Source: Parcubacteria group bacterium Greene0416_36
GTDB lineage: Bacteria > Patescibacteriota > Patescibacteriia > VMEV01
Assembly: GCA_007375725.1 (NCBI GenBank)
Contig: VMEV01000004.1
Coordinates: 5,021-69,020 of the forward strand
Direction: 5' to 3'
Length of the DNA stretch: 64,000 nt
Below the pieces are notes generated by a model that was given only the letters and a program-made list of their open reading frames with translations, was not told where the DNA came from and ran no database searches. The translations under genes and the position numbers were made by a program. Positions 29,281-38,144 of the stretch are shown one piece after another; position 1 is the first letter of the stretch, and each line of letters starts with the position of its first letter.

Positions 29281-29392
29281 ATTTTTTGATCCACAATACT
29301 CTTTTTTATGACATTACAAGAAACCATGCAAAAACTCGAGAGTTTAGGCTAAAAAACCATTGAAATAGCCGATCGTTTGATTTACGATGAAC

Positions 29393-29469
29393 ATGAGATT
29401 GCCACGCTTTTCTCTGCAAATTTATTTAACAAAAACAAAGATATTAGTTCAAAATCGCTCGCAATGACA
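29393..29469 (+). promoter_or_regulatory. conserved UTR element ATGAGATTGCCACG...CTCGCAATGACA (copy with long insert) about 50 nt upstream of pgi/pmi
   Basis: Same conserved flanks as the elements at 43354-43398 and 46993-47035 (both on the minus strand upstream of pilin genes). The flanks can pair (TG..ATTGC with GCAAT..CA). Confidence 0.3.
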
Positions 29470-29521
29470 TCCAAACCACGGCTCCATTCTTAATTCCTAA
29501 TTCTTCATTCTTAATTCATCT

Positions 29522-30490
29522 ATGAAATCCTCTATTCTCAACTTCCCCAAACAATTCGAGTACGAGCCAAAAATCGAAAATCCGAAAAAAAATCATCCCA
29601 AGTATGAGCATTTTATTGTCTCCGGAATGGGGGGATCCCATTTGGCGGCGGATTTGCTCTCGCTGGCCAAACCGGAATATAAACTGACTATTCATTCAGA
29701 CTACGGCATTCCCGAATGGATCCAAAAATCCGACAAAAGCCTCCTCTGGATAGCCAGTTCTTATTCAGGCAATACGGAAGAAGTACTGGATTCTCTCTCA
29801 CTGGCCCGCGCCAAAAATATCGACTGTGTGGCCATCGCAGTAGCAGGGCAACTGATTGAATATGCCAAACAGAATGGCATCCCTTACATCCAAATGCCCA
29901 ATACCGGGATTCAGCCCCGCTCGGCCATCGGATACAGTCTCCGCTCATTACTCCGTCTCTTGGAAGAAGAAAAAGGACTATCTGAAAGCGCCTTATTATC
30001 TTCATCCCTCAAATCGGAATCTTTGGAATCATCAGGGGAAAATTTAGCCGGAATTCTGGCAAATAAAATCCCCGTCATCTATTCGTCCAACAATAATCGC
30101 GCCATTGCCTATAATTGGAAAATAAAATTCAACGAGAACACAAAAATCCCCGCATTCTACAATGTCCTGCCCGAACTGAATCACAATGAAATGAACGGCT
30201 TTGATGTCGTTAACGCCACAAAAATACTCTCGGACAAATTTCATTTTATATTTTTGGAAGATTCCAGCGACCACCCGCAAAACCAAAAGCGCATGCGGGT
30301 TTTAAAGGATCTTTACGCCAAACGAAATCTCCCCGTCACTTCAATCGCTCTCTCTGGCAAAAATATCTGGGAGAAAATTTTCGCCAATCTTCTCGTCGCT
30401 GACTGGACCTCATACCATCTCGCCCTCTCCTACGGAATAGAACCGGAACCCGTGCCGATGGTGGAAGAGTTTAAAGAGTTGATAAAATAA
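29522..30490 (+). CDS. bifunctional phosphoglucose/phosphomannose isomerase (SIS-domain, archaeal-type PGI/PMI)
   Basis: 322 aa; SIS motif HFIVSGMGGSHLAADLL, second SIS-like half, size and layout of the PGI/PMI family. Confidence 0.7.
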   Translation: MKSSILNFPKQFEYEPKIENPKKNHPKYEHFIVSGMGGSHLAADLLSLAKPEYKLTIHSDYGIPEWIQKSDKSLLWIASSYSGNTEEVLDSLSLARAKNIDCVAIAVAGQLIEYAKQNGIPYIQMPNTGIQPRSAIGYSLRSLLRLLEEEKGLSESALLSSSLKSESLESSGENLAGILANKIPVIYSSNNNRAIAYNWKIKFNENTKIPAFYNVLPELNHNEMNGFDVVNATKILSDKFHFIFLEDSSDHPQNQKRMRVLKDLYAKRNLPVTSIALSGKNIWEKIFANLLVADWTSYHLALSYGIEPEPVPMVEEFKELIK

Positions 30491-30542
30491 TAGAAGCAAC
30501 AAACACCCTCATCTGACGGTGTTTGTTTGTTCTTATAAATAA

Positions 30543-31466
30543 TTATTCTTTCTTATTTTTCGACCCCACCGCATTCCCCGTGATCACCGCATTCCTCATC
30601 TGTTCGGCGAGTTCCCCCATGTGGCCCGGAGAATGAGGGATCATAATCGTATTGTTGTGAGCTCCGGACCCGAGATCTTTGAGCGTATCGAAGTATTGAG
30701 TCATGAGCACCAAATTCATCACGTCCTGCGACGTAGTACCCTCCACCGAGCGCTTAAAATCATCGACAGACTCTCGAAGCCCCTCGATAATGGCCTTACG
30801 CTGATTGGCGATGCCTTGTCCCTGCAGAGCCTTGCTTTCAGCCTCGGCTTGAGCGGCTTTGACCTTCATGATGCGGTCAGCTTCTCCCTTCTCCGCCGCG
30901 GCAATACGCTGGCGCTGAGCCGCGTTGATATCGTTCATGGCCTCTTTGACCCGGGCATCGGGTTCAATGTCCGTTACCAAGGCTTTGAGGATGCCGAGAC
31001 CAAACTCATCCATGGTCGCGTCCAGTTCGCTTTTGACCGCATCCGCGATCTCATCTTTTTTCTCGAACAAATGATCGAGCGTGATTTTCGGAACGCGCGC
31101 GCGGACGACATCGAACACGAAAGACGTAATCTGCCCCTGAGGATCCTGAAGCTTATAAAACGCATCGTAGATTTTGGTGGGCTGAACAAAATACTGCACG
31201 GAAATGACCAAATGAACGAACACATTATCCTCGGTCTTGGTCTCGACTTTGACCGACAATTGCTGAACGCGCACATTCACGCGCCCCACCACCCATTCGA
31301 TCCAAGGGATTTTGATTCCCAACCCGGGCCCCACCACTCGGACAAACTTCCCAAAACGCTGAATGACTCCGTACGTCTGCTGTTCGATGGTAAAAAATAA
31401 CGCGAACAAAGAAAAAAACAGAAATATCCCTCCCAGCCAATATAGAAATAACATAATAGGATCCAT
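30543..31466 (-). CDS. SPFH/Band-7 (stomatin/prohibitin-like) membrane protein
   Basis: 307 aa; N-terminal TM, SPFH core (YGVIQRFGKFVRVVGPGLGIKIPWIEWV...VFVHLVISVQYFV), C-terminal coiled coil. Confidence 0.85.
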   Translation of the reverse strand: MDPIMLFLYWLGGIFLFFSLFALFFTIEQQTYGVIQRFGKFVRVVGPGLGIKIPWIEWVVGRVNVRVQQLSVKVETKTEDNVFVHLVISVQYFVQPTKIYDAFYKLQDPQGQITSFVFDVVRARVPKITLDHLFEKKDEIADAVKSELDATMDEFGLGILKALVTDIEPDARVKEAMNDINAAQRQRIAAAEKGEADRIMKVKAAQAEAESKALQGQGIANQRKAIIEGLRESVDDFKRSVEGTTSQDVMNLVLMTQYFDTLKDLGSGAHNNTIMIPHSPGHMGELAEQMRNAVITGNAVGSKNKKE

Positions 31467-31614
31467 AAATAATTACTTAAATAGATAAAATTCTCCCTAG
31501 AACTTACAATACTTAAATTACAAATTAAATGAAATCGGGTCCGTCATTTTAGCCGTACCCGATCAATCCTTTCAAAATAGACAAAAACTCACACAAATCA
31601 TCCCTCAACAGTAA

Positions 31615-32061
31615 TCAGTCCTTAAAATACTGTTTTCGCAGTTCATAACCCATAATCGTAGGGATATAAAAAATCAAATCTGCGGCTAATTTTCCAACAA
31701 AGATTCCAAGTAAAAATGGACTGATCATCAGAGGGAAAAAATACAAGCAAAACGGACGCACAAAAAAACTATCGAGGATTTCCGCCGAGCTGAACTCTAA
31801 AAAGATATTTCGAATATCCTTCAAAAAATCCCACCGATTGATTGTCCGATGATCAGCACGAACAAGAACCTGTCTCGCGCGGATATCTCTCCATGCAATC
31901 GTTCCATAATAAAAAATAGATTCCCCAAAAGCCCCCACAAAAGCAGCCAAAACCCGATTATCCGTGGCAAAAAACACCAATCCCGCCGCCGCCATTGCGC
32001 CCGCGGTTCCCATGATTTCTGCAGGCAGATACCGGCTGACCCACTCCTTCATTTTAGACAT
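31615..32061 (-). CDS. hypothetical membrane protein
   Basis: 148 aa with at least three hydrophobic helices. Confidence 0.4.
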   Translation of the reverse strand: MSKMKEWVSRYLPAEIMGTAGAMAAAGLVFFATDNRVLAAFVGAFGESIFYYGTIAWRDIRARQVLVRADHRTINRWDFLKDIRNIFLEFSSAEILDSFFVRPFCLYFFPLMISPFLLGIFVGKLAADLIFYIPTIMGYELRKQYFKD

Positions 32062-32257
32062 AGAAACGAACTCCTATATCAACAATAAACTCCTACCTCA
32101 AAAAGAACCGAATCTCTATAAAGTACGTCAAAAACGATACTATTGCAATAAGGAACACGTCAAAAAAACTCCCTCTTAAAACTATGCATTTATATTCCCA
32201 TTTTTTTGTGAGAAAAACAAAAAATATCGGCCGATTCGATCCTGGCGATATTTTGTC

Positions 32258-32653
32258 CTACAAAATTCCAGAATATTCAGGGTAATTGTCTCTAACCAGA
32301 TTTTTCCAGCTTGCCGTTTCATTACTGCCAGTCAAATCATTTTTATGATACACAAGCAAAACAGACACTCTATTTATATTTTTATGGATAGCGACAATGC
32401 ACCTATTGCCAGAACCATGACGAGATTCTTGGGTACCCGAAATCTTGAATTCTGTTTTACAAATTTTTATATCAGCAGAATCAATAATCGTCTGGGCCAT
32501 GTTTTTATTAAACAAAACATCAAAAACACCGAACTCTTCTACCAAAAAGGAATATGTCAGATCCCAAGCACTTTTATATTTTCTGGCAAATGTTTTGATA
32601 AAATGCCTTTCCGTAAAAGACTCAAAGACAACTTCATATTTAGTAATATTCAT
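32258..32653 (-). CDS. RelE/ParE-superfamily-like toxin (putative Panacea-associated toxin)
   Basis: 131 aa. C-terminal EFKISGTQESRHGSGNRCIVAIHKNINRVSVLLVYHKNDL parallels the RelE pattern YKIKLRSSGYRLVYQVIDEKVVVFVISVGKREDVY. The gene overlaps the upstream antitoxin gene by 14 nt. Confidence 0.45.
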   Translation of the reverse strand: MNITKYEVVFESFTERHFIKTFARKYKSAWDLTYSFLVEEFGVFDVLFNKNMAQTIIDSADIKICKTEFKISGTQESRHGSGNRCIVAIHKNINRVSVLLVYHKNDLTGSNETASWKNLVRDNYPEYSGIL

Positions 32654-33314
32654 GAGGATCTTCTTGAGTTATCAAACCCAAAGAAATAATATCATTATCA
32701 TCAGCACACAAATATGGAAGCTGATTGTGCGTGAATTCGACAATCTCTTTTGTTTTTTTGCCTTTCCATTTTTTCTCAATATTCTTGATAAGTTCCAATT
32801 CTTCCCTTTTCATTTCAGATAAATCTTTTTTTGATCCTGCCCGAGTTTGTGATATGAGCATCGCACCCTCTTTTGTCTGATTTATTCCAATTTGACCATT
32901 TTCATAGAGCTCATCTATCACTCTGAAATAAGGATCCGCTACTGGACCATATTGGATTTTTCTATATTGCACTCCACTCATACTATGCAGGTGGTAATAA
33001 AACCAACCCGCATCAGCAAGATACACAAGCTTAGCCAGTTTCGTTTTTGGAATTTTGTCTCCTCCTCGCAAAAAAGCCAAGATCATTTGTTTATATTTTT
33101 CGTAATTGGGAGATTCTCCGCCTCCAAGCTCTTCAAATGACACGCCCAAAATACTAGAAAGCTTTTCAAACTCTCCCATGGTCAACTCTCTCTTCCCCTG
33201 TTCGATGCCAATATAAGAAGATCTAGAAATACCCAACTTCTCCGCTATAAAAGCCTGAGAAAACCCGCGAGCCACCCGAAAAGCACGGACAGATTGTGTA
33301 TATTTATTATTCAT
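32640..33314 (-). CDS. HTH (XRE) - Panacea/DUF4065 domain antitoxin (PanA-like)
   Basis: 224 aa. N-terminal XRE HTH (RGFSQAFIAEKLGISRSSYIGIEQGKRELT). C-terminal DUF4065 signature (KTKLAKLVYLADAGWFYY...YRKIQYGPVADPYF). Confidence 0.7.
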   Translation of the reverse strand: MNNKYTQSVRAFRVARGFSQAFIAEKLGISRSSYIGIEQGKRELTMGEFEKLSSILGVSFEELGGGESPNYEKYKQMILAFLRGGDKIPKTKLAKLVYLADAGWFYYHLHSMSGVQYRKIQYGPVADPYFRVIDELYENGQIGINQTKEGAMLISQTRAGSKKDLSEMKREELELIKNIEKKWKGKKTKEIVEFTHNQLPYLCADDNDIISLGLITQEDPHEYY

Positions 33315-33433
33315 ATGACCAGATCATATCAAATAATGTCGAAAAATCAAACATATTGTGTCAAAAGTTATGACACTCGGCATTATATTGATTTTTAATC
33401 ATTTTTATATATACTAACCCTAGCATAAAATTC

Positions 33434-33518
33434 GGAGAGGTGGCCGAGTGGTTTAAGGCACCAGTCTTGAAAACTGGCACCCCGCAAGGGGTCGTGGGTT
33501 CAAATCCCACCTTCTCCG
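33434..33518 (+). tRNA. tRNA-Ser (anticodon UGA), long variable arm
   Basis: GGAGAGGTGGCCGAGTGGTTTAAGGCACCAGTCTTGAAAACTGGCACCCCGCAAGGGGTCGTGGGTTCAAATCCCACCTTCTCCG. Anticodon loop CTTGAAA, T-loop TTCAAAT. Confidence 0.8.
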
Positions 33519-33559
33519 CCTATACAAAACAGACGCAATAACTAAAAGTTTTCCCAACA

Positions 33560-33598
33560 AAAATGTAAGGGCACAGAATTCTGTGCCCTTACATTTTT
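33560..33598. terminator. palindromic terminator AAAAATGTAAGGGCACAGAATTCTGTGCCCTTACATTTTT serving tRNA-Ser (+) and the convergent helicase gene (-)
   Basis: Perfect palindrome with A/T-run flanks; overlaps the last codons and stop of the minus-strand helicase ORF. Confidence 0.65.
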
Positions 33599-35238
33599 GG
33601 CACCCCCTTCATCTCCAAAATCCTATCCACCCTAAACGCCCGATCTTCTTTGCGCTCCATGCAATACGCCTGCATGCCGATATATTTCTTGCCGAGATAG
33701 ACCATTTCGCCCACGCGGTGGGGGATGATTTCGCGGCAGGATTTTTCGTCCGAGCCTTTTAAATAGACAATTTTGAGACTTTTTTCATTATCAATCGCTT
33801 CCTGAATCATCCGGACTTTATCTTCCAAACTTAACAATTTCTCCGATTTTCCATATTGAAACTGTGTGACAAATTTCACCACATTCCAGTCGAGCCAGAT
33901 ATGTCGCTTGGCAACCGGCTTTTTGAGCACGAGGCCTTCAATCGAAGTGCACCGCGAGAGGGCCACGTACAGCTGGCCATGAGCGAAAGTGCCTCGGCCG
34001 ATATCCACTATCACGCGGTCGAAAGTTTTTCCCTGGCTTTTGTGAATGGTGACAGCCCACGCAAGTTTGAGCGGGTATTGATTGAATGATCCGATTTTCC
34101 GCGAATCCACATGTCCTTTTTCGAAAACATATTCGAACATGTCCCAGGTATGACGTCCCACAACCACTTCCTCCCCGCTGTTCAATTTCACGATAATGGC
34201 CGTATCTTTTTCACCCGCGTCATTTTCTTCGTCCACGAAATTGATGATCTGGCCGATGGTTCCATTGACCCAGCGGCCCATGATTTCATTGTTGAGCATC
34301 ATGATCTGCGAACCGATTTTAAGTTCGAGATTTTCGGTAGTGGGCAAAGCATTTCTCTCGAATTTACCGGAAACCCGGCTCGAAAAGGAATAATTTTTTC
34401 CAGCTAAACGTAACAATGCCGCCGCATTGATCTCATCCGCCGCGGCGTTAGTCGTGGTGAGATAGATATAAAATTCCTTTTTCGGAGGGACGAAATCAGG
34501 CTCGTATCTCTCGTTGAGTATTTGGAGATCCGCAGGCGTCGCCGAATTATTGCGAATCGAGTTCAGCAGTCTGACAAAGTCCGCGTCTTTCTGGCGATAG
34601 ACTTTGGACAGTTCCAGAAATTCCATATCCAAAGATTCAAACACTTTCGCACTGAAAAAATAAGGCGTCAGATAGGTGAGCGCGAAAATTTTCTTTTCCT
34701 CGGCACTCACTACCGGAGGCAATTGATAGAGGTCGCCGATAAAAACCATCTGCACCCCGCCAAACGGCAGCTTCCGTGTTTTCCCGTTGAGACGCAAAAA
34801 TTTATCCACGCAGTCGAGCAAATCCGCACGGACCATCGATATTTCATCGATCACGATCAAATCCAATTTCTCGTACATCTCCGGATCCGACACTTTTTTT
34901 ACCTTTGAAACCAAAATATTGGGCTTGAAATGAAAAAAGGAGTGAATGGTTTGCCCAGAAATATTAACCGCCGCCACCCCCGTGGGAGCCAGCACGACCA
35001 TCTCTTTTTTCGAATGCTCACGAAAATATTTGAGAAACGTCGATTTTCCGGTTCCCGCCTTCCCTGTCAAAAACAAATTCTTTCCCAACTCGACCATCCC
35101 GATCGCTTTCTTAAAATCGTCATTGAGCTCAATAGAATCTTTCGCTTGTATTTTAGCTTTCCTCGCCTTCTTCTCTTTCTTCATTTTTTTCGCCAGAGTC
35201 ATAAAAATTATGTAAACAAATACTCCATCTCTCCCCAA
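33589..35238 (-). CDS. Pif1/RecD-family ATP-dependent DNA helicase
   Basis: 549 aa. Walker A LTGKAGTGKST, Walker B LIVIDEISMV, motifs GDLYQLPPV and C-terminal AVTIHKSQG..VALSR (SF1B Pif1/RecD pattern). Likely true start at Met (MTLAKK) 13 codons inside. Confidence 0.7.
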   Translation of the reverse strand: MGRDGVFVYIIFMTLAKKMKKEKKARKAKIQAKDSIELNDDFKKAIGMVELGKNLFLTGKAGTGKSTFLKYFREHSKKEMVVLAPTGVAAVNISGQTIHSFFHFKPNILVSKVKKVSDPEMYEKLDLIVIDEISMVRADLLDCVDKFLRLNGKTRKLPFGGVQMVFIGDLYQLPPVVSAEEKKIFALTYLTPYFFSAKVFESLDMEFLELSKVYRQKDADFVRLLNSIRNNSATPADLQILNERYEPDFVPPKKEFYIYLTTTNAAADEINAAALLRLAGKNYSFSSRVSGKFERNALPTTENLELKIGSQIMMLNNEIMGRWVNGTIGQIINFVDEENDAGEKDTAIIVKLNSGEEVVVGRHTWDMFEYVFEKGHVDSRKIGSFNQYPLKLAWAVTIHKSQGKTFDRVIVDIGRGTFAHGQLYVALSRCTSIEGLVLKKPVAKRHIWLDWNVVKFVTQFQYGKSEKLLSLEDKVRMIQEAIDNEKSLKIVYLKGSDEKSCREIIPHRVGEMVYLGKKYIGMQAYCMERKEDRAFRVDRILEMKGVPKM

Positions 35239-37961
35239 TTCTTGCCTGATTTGATGTCCACAAGAATCGGAACTGAGAGCGAGATCCGGCCTGTATCTTC
35301 CATGGCAGGCTTTATTTTTTTGGAAAACTCCAAAACCGAATCCTCTTTCACCTCAAAAACCAATTCATCATGCACCTGGAGAAGCATTCTCACTTCTTCT
35401 TTTTTATAAATCTCTCGAATCATTGAGTCCACTCGAATCATGGCCATTTTCACGAGATCTGCGGCCGTACCCTGCACGGGCATATTGATGGCCATGCGCT
35501 CGGCCTGGGCGCGGAGCATGGGGACATTTGAGTGAATATCGGGGAGATATCGGATGCGCCCATACAATGTCTCCACATATCCCTGCTTTTTGGCGAGTTC
35601 TCTCGTCTCGTTCAAATATTCTCGAACACGCGGACGCACTTTGAAATATTTTTCGATGAATTCTTTGGCTTCGGCGAAGGTCATGCCCGTCGCTCGTCCC
35701 AGAGCATAGGCCCCCTGGCCATATAAAATGCCAAAATTGATGGTTTTCGCGGCCGAACGCATGGACGGGGTCACTTCTTCAAGGCCGATCCCATGAATTT
35801 CCGCGGCCGTGCGGCGGTGAATATCCTCGCCTCGTTTGAAAGCCTCGATCATGGCCTCATCCTCGGCCATCGCCGCCACAAGCCGCAGCTCGATCTGCGA
35901 ATAATCGGCGGACACCAGCACATATCCTTTCTCCGCCACAAAAGCCTTGCGGATCTCCCGCCCCCAGTCGGTCCTTGTCGGAATATTCTGCAAATTCGGA
36001 TCCATCGACGAAAGCCGGCCGGTCGCCGCAATAGTCTGATTAAAATTGGTGTGAATTCTCCCCGTCGTCGGCGACACCAGTTCCGGAAGCGATTTGATAT
36101 AGGTCGAAAGCAATTTTGAAAATTCGCGATACTCGACAATGAGGGGAATCATCGGACTGCGATCCTCGATTTTTTCAAGTTCTCCTGCGGCCAGGGACAA
36201 TCCCGTTTTGATTTTCTTGATTCCCTCTTTCGAAACCTTCAACTTTTCAAACAAAATAAAAGCCAATTGCTGACTGGATAAAATATTAAACGGCTCGCCC
36301 GAATAGTCGTAAATTTTTTTCTCGAGTCTGGCCATCTCCTTCTCGACCTGCCCTTCCAAGACCTTGAGAATATCTGTATCCAAAGCAATGCCATAACGCT
36401 CCATTCTCCCTAAAACCGGAACGAGAGGCAGTTCCATTTCCGCAAATAATCGCGATAATTCTTTTTCATCTAATCTTTTACGAAAAATCTCCACCAACGA
36501 AAAACACAAATCCGCGTCTCCGGCCGCGTACGGCGCGATTTCCTCGGCCGACAATTCTGACATAGATTTCTGGTCCTTTCCGGAACCAATGAGGGTCTCT
36601 ATTTCCTGCTTCTGGCGCCCCAATTCCGAAAAAGCCACAGCCCCGAGGCTATGCGCGCGGCTCCCAGGATTGCACAGATACGAAGCGATCATGGTATCGA
36701 AAGACAGAGGATATAAATGAACTCCCAACGTTTGTAAAACATGCCAGTCAAACTTAATATTATGCCCGTATTTGAAGATATTTGGATTCTCCAATAATTT
36801 TTTCAGCTTTTCCAAGTGGCCATATCCCGGATTCTTCGAGTCCCAGTGAATATAATAGCCCTCATGACTTTTCCAAGAAAAACTCATGCCCACGCATTTG
36901 GAGTCAATCGGGTGTAAAGACGATGTCTCCGTGTCAAAAGCAAAGGCCGTTTGTTTCTCCGCCAAAGCTAAAAATCGCGCCATTTTCTCCGGAGAGTCCA
37001 CCAAATAATAGGTTGAAACGACTTTTGCGGCAGAAACCGGAACCTCTCCGCCGCTTTCTCCGGCCAAAGCATTAAATTTTGGAAGCAAAGACTTAAATTC
37101 GTATTTTGAAAATACCGAAAATACGGCCGACTGGTCCCAGAGTCCCAACTTGCACTTTTCCAAGTCGAATTCAATCGGGACATCCCGCGCAATCGTGACC
37201 AATTTTTTAGACAAAATCGCGTCCTCTTTTCCCGCCCCGAGCATTTTCCGAATCCTCGGCGAAAAAGCCAAAATCTTGGAAGGCGGAACATCGGCCTCGA
37301 GTGCCTCGTAAATTTTCTCGACCGATCCAAAAGCCTTCACCAATCCGGTAGCAGTCTTCTCGCCAATGCCCTTGATTCCTTTGATATTATCTGAAGCGTC
37401 GCCGGAAAAGGCCTTCATATCGAGAAGCTGTAAGGGTTCCAATCCATATTTTTCCATGACGGCGACCGAATCAAAAATCGTTGTATCGCTGATTCCTTTT
37501 TTGAAGGTGTACACTTTCACGCGGTCATCCACCAGCTGCAGCGCATCGCGGTCGCCGGTCACAATCACTGCCTCGATCTTTTTTTCTATAAGGGCCGGAT
37601 GATGACTCAAAGTCCCGATAATGTCATCCGCCTCAAAGCCTTCTTTCTCAAAAAAAACCATTCCCAATGAACCCAGAACTTCCTTGATCATCGGAATTTG
37701 ATCATATAATTCCTGCGGCTGTTGGGTGCGCGTGGCCTTGTATTCCTTGTACATCTTGTGCCGGAATGTAGGCCCTCTCAAATCAAAAGCCACTGCCAAA
37801 TAATCCGGCTTTAAATCCTTGATCGCTTTGAGTAAAATGCTCGTGAATCCATACGCTGCATTCACCATCTTGCCATCCTTTGTCTGTAAACTCGGTATCG
37901 CATGCCACGCGCGGTGAAGCAGCGCATTTCCATCCACCAACATAAATTTTGGGTGTTTCAT
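35208..37961 (-). CDS. polA: DNA polymerase I
   Basis: 917 aa. 5'-3' exonuclease N-terminus, 3'-5' exo region, polymerase motifs (DYSQIELRLVAAMA, RRTAAEIHGI..., KTINFGILYG, LLQVHDELVFE). Confidence 0.9.
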   Translation of the reverse strand: MKHPKFMLVDGNALLHRAWHAIPSLQTKDGKMVNAAYGFTSILLKAIKDLKPDYLAVAFDLRGPTFRHKMYKEYKATRTQQPQELYDQIPMIKEVLGSLGMVFFEKEGFEADDIIGTLSHHPALIEKKIEAVIVTGDRDALQLVDDRVKVYTFKKGISDTTIFDSVAVMEKYGLEPLQLLDMKAFSGDASDNIKGIKGIGEKTATGLVKAFGSVEKIYEALEADVPPSKILAFSPRIRKMLGAGKEDAILSKKLVTIARDVPIEFDLEKCKLGLWDQSAVFSVFSKYEFKSLLPKFNALAGESGGEVPVSAAKVVSTYYLVDSPEKMARFLALAEKQTAFAFDTETSSLHPIDSKCVGMSFSWKSHEGYYIHWDSKNPGYGHLEKLKKLLENPNIFKYGHNIKFDWHVLQTLGVHLYPLSFDTMIASYLCNPGSRAHSLGAVAFSELGRQKQEIETLIGSGKDQKSMSELSAEEIAPYAAGDADLCFSLVEIFRKRLDEKELSRLFAEMELPLVPVLGRMERYGIALDTDILKVLEGQVEKEMARLEKKIYDYSGEPFNILSSQQLAFILFEKLKVSKEGIKKIKTGLSLAAGELEKIEDRSPMIPLIVEYREFSKLLSTYIKSLPELVSPTTGRIHTNFNQTIAATGRLSSMDPNLQNIPTRTDWGREIRKAFVAEKGYVLVSADYSQIELRLVAAMAEDEAMIEAFKRGEDIHRRTAAEIHGIGLEEVTPSMRSAAKTINFGILYGQGAYALGRATGMTFAEAKEFIEKYFKVRPRVREYLNETRELAKKQGYVETLYGRIRYLPDIHSNVPMLRAQAERMAINMPVQGTAADLVKMAMIRVDSMIREIYKKEEVRMLLQVHDELVFEVKEDSVLEFSKKIKPAMEDTGRISLSVPILVDIKSGKNWGEMEYLFT

Positions 37962-38028
37962 AAAATATATTATTTCACTGCGATTCTTTCTTTAACACTA
38001 GCCAAAAACCAAGCAAATATCAAAAGAA

Positions 38029-38106
38029 ATCCCTCCCAAACCCTCCCTTTGACAAGGGAGGGAGTTATCTCCCCCTTGTCAAAGGGGGACTAAGGGGGAT
38101 TTGTTG
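38029..38106 (+). repeat. composite double-hairpin palindromic repeat, copy 5
   Basis: AAATCCCTCCCAAACCCTCCCTTTGACAAGGGAGGGAGTTATCTCCCCCTTGTCAAAGGGGGACTAAGGGGGATTTGTTG in the divergent region between polA and the 38145 gene. Confidence 0.8.
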
Positions 38107-38144
38107 CTTTCACTCCACTCATTAAAATTTATAACTTCTAATTT

